From a virus, in IMG/VR virus record IMGVR_UViG_3300005274_000001, positions 64,001-128,000 of that record: 64,000 nucleotides of DNA. One strand, 5' to 3'. The notes beneath the pieces were generated by a model, which saw only the letters and a program-made list of their open reading frames with translations, ran no database searches and was not told where the DNA came from. The first letter of the stretch is position 1; every line of letters begins with the position of its first letter. Of the stretch, positions 9,532-19,344 are shown piece after piece. The translations under genes and the position numbers were made by a program.

Positions 9532-11190
9532 CTATTCCAAATCTTCCATTTTAACGATTGTGTATCCTTTACTCAACAAATCATTGAATGCTTGAGTACT
9601 ATAATCTTTTGTAGCGATTACAACAGCATCCCTAGGAAGTTTTTCTAACCCATAAATGTACAAATCTGTAATCACAATACCAGGAATATTCTTTTTGGCA
9701 ACATGCTCAAAAACTTTGTCAAAAACACTTCCTCCACCGCCATTAATACCATTTTTCACGGCTTTGTGAAGCTTTGCTACACTATTAACATTCTCTATCT
9801 CTTGAAAATCAACATCATTGAAATAGAGGAACACATTTGCATTATTCTCTACCAAAAACCTCAATAGCTTCATTGATTTTTCCAAATCTTCACCGCCCAT
9901 TGAACCTGAAGTATCTACGATAACATACATTTCAAGGCCAAAGTATTTTTTCTTTCCTAAGACTAGACCATCATTGCTCTTAAAGGATTTCTTGGGGTAC
10001 ACAATCCTATGCCTAAAATATCCTCCACGATAAAGGCGATTAAATAACTGGAGAACAAACTGAGGAATCTTTATTTTCTCATTAGTAAGGAGAATATTTC
10101 TTAGGAAGCCGTGTGCAGTACCGATATGCTTTTTATTTTTCTCAAAAAATCCTTCAAGTATTCTCCTGTTCTTTTCGTCATCATAATCACTAACTTCATT
10201 ACCCTCGCCAATAAGTTGACGAATGATTTCATCTTTAATGGCATTATCTAATGGGCCAAATGAGGAAGCATTTGCAAGATTATTTTTGAAATCCTGATCA
10301 TTTTTTGCCTTTTCCCTTATCTGATTAGCTACATCATTGAAGATATTGTTCACCAAATCAAAGAAGTTACCATAAGAATCTCCATTTTGTGAGCCGTTAT
10401 TAGATTGAGAATCTTGTTCTTGTTGATTATTTTGTCCACCTTGTTGATTACTATTGTTTTGTTCACCCTGATTCTGTTGACCATTTTTGTTTTGATTGTT
10501 ATTTTGATTTTGTTGGCTACCTTGATTATTTAGATGTTTATCAATAGTTTCACTAATCATTTGCGAAATCTCCTTTGCTACGGGTTCAAACAAATCAAAG
10601 AAGAACTCTATTAGTTCATAATCACTCATTTTCTTTAGTTGTTCAATATCAACACCTTTAAGATTTGGTTTAAGTTGCATTCCTAGAGTATTAACTCCAC
10701 TACGAATAGTTTTTTCAAAGTTTTCAAAGCATACACTATTCTCCTTGATTTCTTTGGGATCATCAATGAACTGATAGACGATTTCTTGAATGAACAAGTC
10801 TAAGACAAAGTTAGTAAGCATTGGATTCCTCTTAAAATAATGTTCAAATCTTCTAATGTGAGATAATCTCTGGTGTAGTATTTCATGGAATAAAGTAGCA
10901 CCAACAGCATTATAAACAGGAGTATATTTGGTGAAAAGCTTTTCATTAAGATAAATCACAGGCTTGTTTCTCTCATAGGTAGTGAAACCATACATACCAA
11001 CATTTTGACCATTAATCTCATCGGGGAATATATAAATATCTGCCACAAGTAAATCTTCATAACCATTGAGAGTATAAAGTAGAGGTTCTTTATTTTTGGT
11101 ACGATTTGGAGCAAAAAGGATTACTTTAAAGATATCCAAATATTCAGTATCTTCAATCTTTTTGGCTGCGGCTTTAATGATATCAGTCAT
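9532..11190 (-). CDS. HEXXH metallopeptidase-like + vWA domain protein (MoxR partner, DUF2201-like architecture)
   Basis: FHEILH; Q/N-rich linker; VIVDTSGSM MIDAS; GGGGS and ITD motifs; directly downstream of AAA+ gene. Confidence 0.85.
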   Translation of the reverse strand: MTDIIKAAAKKIEDTEYLDIFKVILFAPNRTKNKEPLLYTLNGYEDLLVADIYIFPDEINGQNVGMYGFTTYERNKPVIYLNEKLFTKYTPVYNAVGATLFHEILHQRLSHIRRFEHYFKRNPMLTNFVLDLFIQEIVYQFIDDPKEIKENSVCFENFEKTIRSGVNTLGMQLKPNLKGVDIEQLKKMSDYELIEFFFDLFEPVAKEISQMISETIDKHLNNQGSQQNQNNNQNKNGQQNQGEQNNSNQQGGQNNQQEQDSQSNNGSQNGDSYGNFFDLVNNIFNDVANQIREKAKNDQDFKNNLANASSFGPLDNAIKDEIIRQLIGEGNEVSDYDDEKNRRILEGFFEKNKKHIGTAHGFLRNILLTNEKIKIPQFVLQLFNRLYRGGYFRHRIVYPKKSFKSNDGLVLGKKKYFGLEMYVIVDTSGSMGGEDLEKSMKLLRFLVENNANVFLYFNDVDFQEIENVNSVAKLHKAVKNGINGGGGSVFDKVFEHVAKKNIPGIVITDLYIYGLEKLPRDAVVIATKDYSTQAFNDLLSKGYTIVKMEDLE

Positions 11191-11207
11191 CTTCCTCTAC
11201 CCCCTTT

Positions 11208-12251
11208 CTAAACACCTTTCTTAGAGATATTCTGCAGATACTTGCTCAGCGCACTATTCTTGTGAGTATGAGCATATTCATATACATTGGCCTTCCATTC
11301 ATTACCATTTACTAGTGCAGTATAGGAGAGCATGTAGTGATCGTACTTTTTGTGATTTTTGTGAATGTATTCAAAGATCTCATTAAACTTGTTCAAATCA
11401 ATCATTCCCCTTTTTACAAGATCTGCTACATCTACGATTAGCGAAAGAACCTCGCTATCATTACGAGGATAATCACCTTTAGCATAGTTTTTGAAAGAGT
11501 AATATCTGCCTTGAATAATATAGTTTTTGAAGGCCAAGTATACTTTCTTTCCAGAAGATCCAGAGATGATGATATCAAGCTCGCTATCAATAGACATAAC
11601 ATAATCTTCATTTCCTACCATTTCGTTATTGATTAAATCCTTTAAAAGGATAGCAGTACGAGTATTATTTCTTGGGGAAGGATATTGGTTTAGGTCGTCA
11701 TCCTTGGGTTCTTCATAAAACATATGATCTGGACTATTAAGAATGAAAGATACAAAAAGAGGATTTCCGCCCCTACTCATCGTATATGAAGCCCATTCCT
11801 CCTTGGAAGGAATGGGAAAATCTATAACCACAAACCTTTCTACTAATGGACGAGGGATTATTGTAGCTACTGAAGATTGTTCAGGTTTATTGCCTGTAGC
11901 AATAAAGTAAATATTTTCAAACCTTTTGTCGCCAATCCTCTTATCAAGAACAAGGGATTGCAACAAAGAATGCATATCAGGATTTCTGTTAGTTAGCTCA
12001 TCAAGGATTACAACCTTATTATTAAGATCAAAAGTGATGAAGTGAAGCATCTCCTCTTTAACCTGGGGGAAAGAGATATTTTCAGGGAACATTTGCGAAA
12101 CATTAAGATAGAACACATCTAAACCCATTTCTTTTGCGATTTCCCAAGCGATACTAGTTTTTCCTATTCCCCTATCGCCGAGGAATAGGACAGGAAACCC
12201 ATTGCTAAGAATCCTTTTAGCGATGTTTTTGACCTTTCCTACTTTCTCCAT
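11208..12251 (-). CDS. MoxR-family AAA+ ATPase
   Basis: Walker A GDRGIGKT, Walker B VILDELTN, sensor-1 ATGN, PLVERF arginine finger, PSPR. Confidence 0.9.
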   Translation of the reverse strand: MEKVGKVKNIAKRILSNGFPVLFLGDRGIGKTSIAWEIAKEMGLDVFYLNVSQMFPENISFPQVKEEMLHFITFDLNNKVVILDELTNRNPDMHSLLQSLVLDKRIGDKRFENIYFIATGNKPEQSSVATIIPRPLVERFVVIDFPIPSKEEWASYTMSRGGNPLFVSFILNSPDHMFYEEPKDDDLNQYPSPRNNTRTAILLKDLINNEMVGNEDYVMSIDSELDIIISGSSGKKVYLAFKNYIIQGRYYSFKNYAKGDYPRNDSEVLSLIVDVADLVKRGMIDLNKFNEIFEYIHKNHKKYDHYMLSYTALVNGNEWKANVYEYAHTHKNSALSKYLQNISKKGV

Positions 12252-12382
12252 CTTTACCTCCCTTGCCCCACTAGAGGGGCACTCCTAGCCTATCACAAGG
12301 CCATAGGTTTGGTCAAGCGCCTCCTTGCAAGTGAATGCGCTAAGCGCAACAATAAAAATAGGATAGCGTTTATTTATTTTCC

Positions 12383-13078
12383 TCAAAAAACTTCTTCAAG
12401 AAAAATGTTTAGCGAAAAGTGGTAGTTAAAATAAAACACTCTGTCATTTATTCGTTCACCAGAAAGATAAAACTTGTGATTTAGTGTCTTTGAGAGATTG
12501 TAGAGGATTTTTTCTTCATTTATTTCTCTTGGCGCTGAAATCAGGTTTTCAAAAAAGACTTCCTTCAAAACATTGCTGTAAACGCTTGGATTGCTACGAT
12601 AATAGTAAGCATCTTTTATTGTTGCGAAGTGCAAATAAACGATTGTGTCGTAGTTTGAGGGGAGTTTGTATAGCTTATCTTCGTTTTCTAGTTCTATTGA
12701 TAGGAGATGATACTTTTCCTTGATTTTCTTTTTTATTGGGTTTTGTTGAAATGCTAGGCGATAAATCTTTTTCTTACTCAAAAATTTTTTAAACTTGTGA
12801 GCTACTTGTTTTACAAAGCTATCAAAATCATTGGGGGTTGTATAGTATTTTTCAAATCCTCTTTTTACTTCAAATCTTAGCGTTGAGGTTTTGTATTGAA
12901 CAATAAAAAATTTTGAGGATTCTTCTATTTCTGTTTTTAGCGATGCCAACCTTTTTTCAAATATTTTTAAAAAGTCTTCTTGTGAAAATATAGACAAAGT
13001 TTTTGTTTTAATCTTATACTTTAAATTATTTTTGGGCCTATAAAGAGTAATCGTGATTAGCTTAGCATCAGCAGACAT
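12383..13078 (-). CDS. Hypothetical protein, array member (ends EEVF)
   Basis: 231-aa ORF. Confidence 0.8.
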   Translation of the reverse strand: MSADAKLITITLYRPKNNLKYKIKTKTLSIFSQEDFLKIFEKRLASLKTEIEESSKFFIVQYKTSTLRFEVKRGFEKYYTTPNDFDSFVKQVAHKFKKFLSKKKIYRLAFQQNPIKKKIKEKYHLLSIELENEDKLYKLPSNYDTIVYLHFATIKDAYYYRSNPSVYSNVLKEVFFENLISAPREINEEKILYNLSKTLNHKFYLSGERINDRVFYFNYHFSLNIFLEEVF

Positions 13079-13105
13079 ATCTCATTTTTGCAAAACGAAA
13101 AGAAA

Positions 13106-13136
13106 ACTTCACTACCCCAAAGCGGGGTAGTGAAGT
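13106..13136 (-). terminator. Intrinsic terminator
   Basis: ACTTCACTACCCC-loop-GGGGTAGTGAAGT followed by TTTCTTTT on minus strand after the 13148 stop. Confidence 0.85.
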
Positions 13137-13147
13137 CTAAATATTGC

Positions 13148-13900
13148 TTAGAACAAGCTCATGATGTTGTATTTATCTACGAGGATTTTAGTGAACTCTT
13201 CAGATGTGCTTACCAATCCCTTAACAGCATTCAAGGACTCATTATTCTTTTCTACGATATCAATAGCTAGCTGAACCATATCCCTAACATTCGTGATGTA
13301 GCTCTTTAGAAACTCAACATTAATCTCACTCTCTTTAGCTACACTATTTAGGGCTTTTTTAACTACTCTTGGCCCAAAAGCTTTCAAGAACCTTTCAATG
13401 TCTTTATCATCAACCTCTTGTTCTAGGAAAGTATTGGCAACATCCCTATTCTCCTCAAGAATGTTGATGATTTTGTAGACATCACGCTTCATAATATTCC
13501 CCTTTGTATGTTTATTGGAGAAGTTTAATAGAAGAGGTTTGTAAATAATATTTTCCTTAAACATACCGGAATAGGAGTTTACATAGTAAATAGCATCATT
13601 CTTTGTGAGAAAATAGTAGCGAGAAATATACACAGGATTATCAGGTTCAAACATTGGATTAATGCTGTCAAGTTCAGAGAACTTGAAAACGCCATAACGA
13701 GAAGTAACATAGTTAAAGAAGAGTTTTTCGGTTTCATGGGCCAAAATGTATTCATCGCTAAAAAGATTAATGAGGACCAAATCATTTTCAAAATCCTTAA
13801 CATTATTTACCCTAAGAACATAGAAAAAGCTTTTACGAAGATTTTCCACAAGATTAACTGCTTCGCCTAACTGGTAGATCTTCATCTCTTTCTCCTTCAT
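13148..13900 (-). CDS. Hypothetical protein, monocistronic (ends MSLF)
   Basis: Own promoter (13975-13947), leader hairpin, GGGGAGGT SD, terminator. Confidence 0.85.
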   Translation of the reverse strand: MKEKEMKIYQLGEAVNLVENLRKSFFYVLRVNNVKDFENDLVLINLFSDEYILAHETEKLFFNYVTSRYGVFKFSELDSINPMFEPDNPVYISRYYFLTKNDAIYYVNSYSGMFKENIIYKPLLLNFSNKHTKGNIMKRDVYKIINILEENRDVANTFLEQEVDDKDIERFLKAFGPRVVKKALNSVAKESEINVEFLKSYITNVRDMVQLAIDIVEKNNESLNAVKGLVSTSEEFTKILVDKYNIMSLF

Positions 13901-14077
13901 CTCTTACCTCCCCGCCTAACCCTATGGGTAGGGCTAGGCTACCCCTAGCCTAACACTAAAGCGTTGTTTAGTCAAGAGGGGGGGTAATGGGTAGTGAGCA
14001 GAATGGGGCGCACTAAAGAATAGGATAGCGTTTACTTATTTTTGAGCGATTAAAAAAAATAAACGAAAGCATTTTTC

Positions 14078-14470
14078 TTAAAACAAATCTCTAAACACTA
14101 CTCTATCTTCAAGATTTATGTAGAACCTTACTAAGTCTTCTTCAAGAAATCCATAAAAACTAATGCTTGCAAATATGTGATAGTCTTTGTCTAGGTTTTC
14201 TGTATTTTTGTTTTCAACGATTTTGTAAAGAAACTTTTCGTTGCGAATATCAGTATTTTTTGAGGCGATTTTTTTATCATTGAAAAGAATGTCTATTTCT
14301 ACTTGGTGTATTTTGCTCACTTGAGAAAGGATTTTTCTATTAAACTTTCGCCAAAAAGGAATAAGACTAGAATGTTCTTTCATGCGATAAATAACTTCAT
14401 CAGATACTCTGCATTGCGAGAGATTTTGCAAAGATACAATAACTTTAGTAAAAACTTCTTTTCTTTTCAA
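14078..14470 (-). CDS. Hypothetical protein, array member (ends RDLF)
   Basis: TTG start overlapping upstream stop, GGAGGT SD. Confidence 0.75.
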   Translation of the reverse strand: MKRKEVFTKVIVSLQNLSQCRVSDEVIYRMKEHSSLIPFWRKFNRKILSQVSKIHQVEIDILFNDKKIASKNTDIRNEKFLYKIVENKNTENLDKDYHIFASISFYGFLEEDLVRFYINLEDRVVFRDLF

Positions 14471-15003
14471 ATCACCTCCTCTTTCATGTGAAGCTTCAAA
14501 ACAATGTCTAAAAGTATGTATTCGTAAAAAGAATCAGAATATTCTTCGTATTCATCATCATCAGCGTCAACTTTTCTTTTTCTATAGATTGAAGCATAGA
14601 TACTTGCTTTCCTAGCATTACTCTTTAAAAGATCGGGCAACGATTTCTTAAAAAGCTCATTAATGTTTCTAAGCAGAAAATCTGAATAGTTTTCATTATC
14701 TTTCAAAGAAAACTTAAAAGCCCTTATGTTAAAAGGTTCTTCATGAGTACTTGATTCAATAAACATATACAACACATCTTGCTCATTAGGCAAAAATGTG
14801 TGCAAATAACGATATAGGTTTTCAGCGTGCTCTAAAGCTTTATAAAAGTCTTCAAACTTAGGATTTGAAACTATTCTAGTTTCAAAGAAATCGTAAACTT
14901 CTTTAGATCCTTCTCTATCTTCTTCGTCTATGCAATAGTGTGAGCTATTAATATAGTATTCTTCAAGGTTAGCTATCATTTCCCATTTCCAAACTTCTTT
15001 CAT
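14467..15003 (-). CDS. Hypothetical protein, array member (ends EEVI); paralog of 15003-15515
   Basis: MKEVWKW/MKEILWS, NPKFEDFY/NPTFERFY, YSDFL/YADYL. Confidence 0.85.
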   Translation of the reverse strand: MKEVWKWEMIANLEEYYINSSHYCIDEEDREGSKEVYDFFETRIVSNPKFEDFYKALEHAENLYRYLHTFLPNEQDVLYMFIESSTHEEPFNIRAFKFSLKDNENYSDFLLRNINELFKKSLPDLLKSNARKASIYASIYRKRKVDADDDEYEEYSDSFYEYILLDIVLKLHMKEEVI

Positions 15004-15515
15004 TAGAACACCTCCTTTATTGTTAGAAACAACTCTACTTCAAGAGTTGCGTGTTGAGTGTATATGAAATCTAGTTCATAAATGTGAGATATCACTTGTT
15101 TTCTTTCAATACCGAAGTGTATTCTTATCTTCTTTGTGTTCCTTGAAATGATCTCTTTAACAATATCCTTAAAGTATTGATTTAGCTCAAACATAAGGTA
15201 ATCTGCATAGCTTCTGTAAACTTTCACTTTCTTTGTGTGCTCAGGGTGTAAAAGATTTATATTTTCTAAGTAAGATCTGATAAAAAACCTCTCATCCTTA
15301 CTATTAAAATCTTCCACAAGATACAAATAAAAATCTTCACCTTCTTTAAGTAGCTCATAAAACCTTTCAAAGGTTGGATTTTTTACGATTTTTTTAGAAA
15401 AGTCATCAAACATGTCAAAATCACCTACATCACCACCATCGTCCATAATATAGGCGTAACTTTTTACAGACATTCTTTCTATGCTAGATATTTGGCTCCA
15501 CAAAATCTCTTTCAC
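15003..15515 (-). CDS. Hypothetical protein, array member (ends KEVF)
   Basis: GTG start, AGGAGGT SD, own promoter. Confidence 0.85.
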   Translation of the reverse strand: MKEILWSQISSIERMSVKSYAYIMDDGGDVGDFDMFDDFSKKIVKNPTFERFYELLKEGEDFYLYLVEDFNSKDERFFIRSYLENINLLHPEHTKKVKVYRSYADYLMFELNQYFKDIVKEIISRNTKKIRIHFGIERKQVISHIYELDFIYTQHATLEVELFLTIKEVF

Positions 15516-15599
15516 GGCTCACCTCCTAGGGCTAGGATAAAGCTCAAGGGGGGGCTAGTCAAGCCTCCCTTTCTAAAAAAGTTTTAAAGATTTAGATTT

Positions 15600-16115
15600 T
15601 CAAAAAAACTTTTCAAAAGGATTGTCTTCAAGCATTAAGTACAAGTATGCCTCTACTTTACCTACATCCTCATAATCAAACCTTCTACTACTTCTTTTCA
15701 GTTTTACTACAATCCTTAAACTTTTTATTTCGTTTTCAACAACATGACGAAAGCACTTTGCTTCTCCTATCGCTATATTTTCTTGTATTATAGACATTAT
15801 AGAGTTACAATCTACTTTTTTATCTTTAGGAATACTATGACTTCTTTGCATTAACTTTTCATTCTTTTTGCCTAACTTCTCAATAGCAACATAAATCATC
15901 TCATCGCCATCAAAAATATTTTTCGTGAAGTTGTAAACATCTAAAGACTCTCTTAAATGTCTGTAAAAGTTATCAATTGTTGCATTAAACTTACCATTTC
16001 GCCTATAAGAATCATGTTCATAAGTTTCTACTATATTGCCTTGATTGTCGTACTTTTGTGTTAAGTAAAATGAGTTTATTGTGTACTTTTTTACACTTGT
16101 TATCAACTCCCACAC
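15600..16115 (-). CDS. Hypothetical protein, array member (ends KFF); distant relative of 14467/15003
   Basis: WELITSVKKYTINS resembles WEMIANLEEYYINS. Confidence 0.75.
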   Translation of the reverse strand: MWELITSVKKYTINSFYLTQKYDNQGNIVETYEHDSYRRNGKFNATIDNFYRHLRESLDVYNFTKNIFDGDEMIYVAIEKLGKKNEKLMQRSHSIPKDKKVDCNSIMSIIQENIAIGEAKCFRHVVENEIKSLRIVVKLKRSSRRFDYEDVGKVEAYLYLMLEDNPFEKFF

Positions 16116-16259
16116 GCCGCTCTCTCCTTTTTGGATTGCGTTTATTTATCCCCCCTTGAAACTTTCAGACATTCTCAGAAACTTGCGTTTTTCAAGTAAA
16201 CGCTTAATCATAGTTTGCGAAAAAATAAAAAATCATTAGAAGGAGAATTTCTTATAATT

Positions 16260-16502
16260 TCAGGAAATTTTTAGATGTTCCTCTTGGTTCCAATCGTTTC
16301 TCAAAACCAAAACGCTTAGATTTGGATTATTCTTTAGCAGAGGCTCAATGGGAATTCCAAAGTATTTTTCAAAGACATCTTTAAACTTTTTATGTAAATC
16401 TACATCATCAACATACTTGTCATTAATGAAAAGATCATAGTCATAAATGTTCTTAAAGAATTCCTTTACACTCTTATTTGCAGCCTCTTCGAGAGTCCAC
16501 AT
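16260..16502 (-). CDS. Small hypothetical protein
   Basis: GGAGG SD and TTGACA-N17-TAACAT promoter. Confidence 0.75.
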   Translation of the reverse strand: MWTLEEAANKSVKEFFKNIYDYDLFINDKYVDDVDLHKKFKDVFEKYFGIPIEPLLKNNPNLSVLVLRNDWNQEEHLKIS

Positions 16503-16558
16503 ACCTATCGCCTCCGATGCTCATGTTAGCAGGTAGGTATCCTTTTGTCAAGCTCCCC

Positions 16559-17035
16559 CTAAAAAACCTCACTTTTTTCGTATTCTGCTCCGATATATAG
16601 TTCATATTTGACATTATTGTTATCGCTTTTGTTATTCGCTACGATTCTAAAAACCAAAACAAAAGTATGATCTGAAAGAGATTCGCTAAACTTTAAAAGC
16701 TTCTTGTAGGTCTTTAAAACATATTCTTCATCTTGCTTGTAGTCAAAATTCAATATCAATTTTTTACTCGTTGTTGTCTTTAGCGTTCTTTCTTTCGTGG
16801 TTATATCTCTTTTGCCTGTAGCTTCAAAGTGAACTTTCATTGATGCTTTTGTATTCTCTTTGGAGATAGAGTTTTTGAGGATTTTAAAATATTTTGTAAA
16901 AAATCTTTCAATTTCGTTAAACCTTCCTTCTCTGAAATCAATTAGGAAAGCGATATTCTTTTTTACTTCATCCTTTCCTTTATTTGCGACAACAGAAAAT
17001 ATTAAGTGATATTTCTTTGGTGTGAAGGGTATCAT
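16559..17035 (-). CDS. Hypothetical protein, array member (ends SEVF), leaderless
   Basis: TTGACA-N17-TAGCTT-N6-ATG. Confidence 0.85.
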   Translation of the reverse strand: MIPFTPKKYHLIFSVVANKGKDEVKKNIAFLIDFREGRFNEIERFFTKYFKILKNSISKENTKASMKVHFEATGKRDITTKERTLKTTTSKKLILNFDYKQDEEYVLKTYKKLLKFSESLSDHTFVLVFRIVANNKSDNNNVKYELYIGAEYEKSEVF

Positions 17036-17129
17036 GTCTATAAGCTAGCATGAGAGTGAATCGTTGTCAAGCGTTGGTACACTATTATAAGTCTGGAAAG
17101 CAGAGATACTATTCAAAACACAGCACAAG

Positions 17130-17636
17130 CTATACATAAGGAAAGGTTCTCCTAAATTTGGTCTTTAGTGAAAATTCAATAGTCTTCTCACCAGTAAAGA
17201 AGTGGATTCCTAAAGAGAAGAAGAAGCTTTTGGCATCTTTGTTTTTGAAGATTCTGTCTTGCGCTTTTTTAGTTTTTAGATAGAAATCTTCAAGTAATGT
17301 GTTTATTTCTTTTGGTGAGCTTAAGGTTTTGTATTCGATATGTGAGGCGTATTGGTTTAGTTTGAAGTTCGTGTCGAAAAAGGTTTCTTCATAAATGCTA
17401 AAGATTAGTTTTGTTGGCAAAAATTTATTAAACAAGTCTAAGAAAAGATTGTAAGTTCTAAAAACTTCATCGCTATACAAATGAAAAGTATACAAATGTT
17501 TTGTAGACTTATTTTTGAAGTTTATTGATTTGTTTATCTTTTTAAGATTACTCTCCTCTAGCGTAAGAATAACTTCTACTAATTCGAAGGCGGGATGACA
17601 ATAAATTTTTACTTTATTCTCTTTTATGTTGTTCAT
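17130..17636 (-). CDS. Hypothetical protein, leaderless
   Basis: TTGACA-N17-TACACT-N6-ATG at 17636. Confidence 0.8.
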   Translation of the reverse strand: MNNIKENKVKIYCHPAFELVEVILTLEESNLKKINKSINFKNKSTKHLYTFHLYSDEVFRTYNLFLDLFNKFLPTKLIFSIYEETFFDTNFKLNQYASHIEYKTLSSPKEINTLLEDFYLKTKKAQDRIFKNKDAKSFFFSLGIHFFTGEKTIEFSLKTKFRRTFPYV

Positions 17637-17676
17637 GTCTTTAGTGTATGCTAGCTGCACTTTGTTGTCAAGTGTG

Positions 17677-18222
17677 TCAGAAAACTTCTTCTACTCTGCT
17701 AAAAATCAGAGATGCTTTTAAGGCATAGTAAAACTGCTTTGCCTCTTCTCTTGTTGGTTTAAGAAGTAAGTAATTTTCTGAGGTAAGTATTATCGCATTG
17801 CGCACGATTGCTTGTCTTAGAACTTCGTTTAGGTTTTCATTTATTTTTGCAGAAAACAAACCTAAATCTAATCTTTCAATGCAATCTCTTTGTCGTTTGT
17901 ATTCTACTTCTTGCAAATAAGAGTTTTCTAATTCAAAGCCTTTGATTCTGGTAAAGAATGTAGTTTGTGAATTTATTTTCTTATGCGAAGAAAATCTTTT
18001 AAATAGTTTTATCGCCTCGCTACTTTCTTTTAGCAAAAAAGTATCGTTTTTGCTGTTGTATTTAAAATCATCTTTTTTAAATTCCAACATTTTAGATTCG
18101 TCAACAAAAGAACTGTCTATCAATTCTTCTTCTGGTTTATCTTCAGAGGAATAACCGAGATAAAAGGATAGTGTGAAATCCTCTATCTCATAAGGATAAA
18201 TGTTTTTCACTTTAAAAGACAT
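17677..18222 (-). CDS. Hypothetical protein, array member (ends EEVF)
   Basis: ATG at 18222 after GAGGTG; N-terminus resembles 18212-18784. Confidence 0.8.
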   Translation of the reverse strand: MSFKVKNIYPYEIEDFTLSFYLGYSSEDKPEEELIDSSFVDESKMLEFKKDDFKYNSKNDTFLLKESSEAIKLFKRFSSHKKINSQTTFFTRIKGFELENSYLQEVEYKRQRDCIERLDLGLFSAKINENLNEVLRQAIVRNAIILTSENYLLLKPTREEAKQFYYALKASLIFSRVEEVF

Positions 18223-18784
18223 CTTTGCACCTCTCAAAAACAAGTGTTACTCTAAACAGATTTTTTGAGTACAATGTACCTTTTCTGGTTTTTTGTTTGT
18301 GTTTGTAGGAAAAATAAGATATAACTTCAAACTCATTGGCTTCAAAGCGAAATGCTTTAGGCAATCCTTGTACAATGTATTTGTTTATGTTTTCACTAAG
18401 AATATAAAGTGAAAATTCCTCTGTTGGAACTTTCATTTGCAGCAGTTCGTGTTCGTCTACGTATTCCGATGTTGAAGGACATGTCATTTCAAAGTAAAAG
18501 AACTGGTCTTTAACAGACCTTTTGTTTCCTGAGGAATAATCTTTGATGAAGTCTTCAAACATGTCATAAATTTTTCCTCTTTTCTCTAAGACAAACAAAT
18601 TTCTTTTTTCGTCAAAATCAATAATATTTTTCCCTAGCTCTATGTAGCTATCAATAGCGCCAAGTTTCACATACTCGTTTTTGATTATTAAATAAAGATT
18701 TGAAAACAGCTCAATTTTTGCGTTTGCAAGAGTGAAAGGAAAAAAGTTAGAAATTTCAATCGCATGATTTTTTTTCTTCTTCAT
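18212..18784 (-). CDS. Hypothetical protein, array member (ends KDVF)
   Basis: ATG at 18784 with AGGAGGT SD. Confidence 0.8.
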   Translation of the reverse strand: MKKKKNHAIEISNFFPFTLANAKIELFSNLYLIIKNEYVKLGAIDSYIELGKNIIDFDEKRNLFVLEKRGKIYDMFEDFIKDYSSGNKRSVKDQFFYFEMTCPSTSEYVDEHELLQMKVPTEEFSLYILSENINKYIVQGLPKAFRFEANEFEVISYFSYKHKQKTRKGTLYSKNLFRVTLVFERCKDVF

Positions 18785-18825
18785 GCTCACCTCCTCAGAA
18801 GAGATCATCTCAGAAGAGATCATCT

Positions 18826-19344
18826 CTAGAATGGATCATCTCTAACTATACGAATTGTCATTTCTAAATTCGTTTTTAGATCAGTTTCGTAATTACTATC
18901 TACTGAGTCATAAGTTAGGTAAAACGACCAAGAAATCTCATGAAAGGTAGGAACTTCCTTTATTGTTTTCTCAACAATTCTTTTCAAGACCAACTTAATG
19001 TTTAAAAAGTTCAAATCCTCAATTTTGTAGAAAACTGGTTCAAATTGATAAAAATCTCTATCTGGTCGATTTGATAAAGGATCCTTAGTATAAAAGTAGA
19101 CAGAGTAGAAAGAGTAAGCATTAAAACTAAATCTCGCTAGTTCTTCTTTCTGCTTCAAAAGTTTCAAGTGATTAACCTCTTTAGTTATCCTCTTATGAAG
19201 CAAATTGAAAGCATTGATAACTTCAGAGAGATTTGAAGTGTATAGATAGTAGTTTTCATGAGATGATTCGCTGTCTTTGCACCTAGCAAATCTATCATAA
19301 GTAAGCTTTGCGCTATGTACTTTTGCGTAGCTCGTCAACTTCAT
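18826..19344 (-). CDS. Hypothetical protein, array member (ends DDPF)
   Basis: AGGAGGAGGT SD, TTGACA promoter. Confidence 0.85.
   Translation of the reverse strand: MKLTSYAKVHSAKLTYDRFARCKDSESSHENYYLYTSNLSEVINAFNLLHKRITKEVNHLKLLKQKEELARFSFNAYSFYSVYFYTKDPLSNRPDRDFYQFEPVFYKIEDLNFLNIKLVLKRIVEKTIKEVPTFHEISWSFYLTYDSVDSNYETDLKTNLEMTIRIVRDDPF

Larger units (their letters stand above)
1007..16203. repeat. Dispersed intergenic motif A, (GGATA)GCGTTTAYTT
   Basis: Copies at 1007, 1633, 2937, 3513, 5775, 7550, 8732, 9430, 12366, 14028, 16138; inverted at 204, 2229, 3951, 16194. Confidence 0.85.

Noticed and set aside
5817-15515. EVF tag as purely a by-product of GAGGTG Shine-Dalgarno overlap
   Set aside because: Explains about three coupled genes only; several tags use GAA GTT/GTC, and the terminal Phe is not explained.
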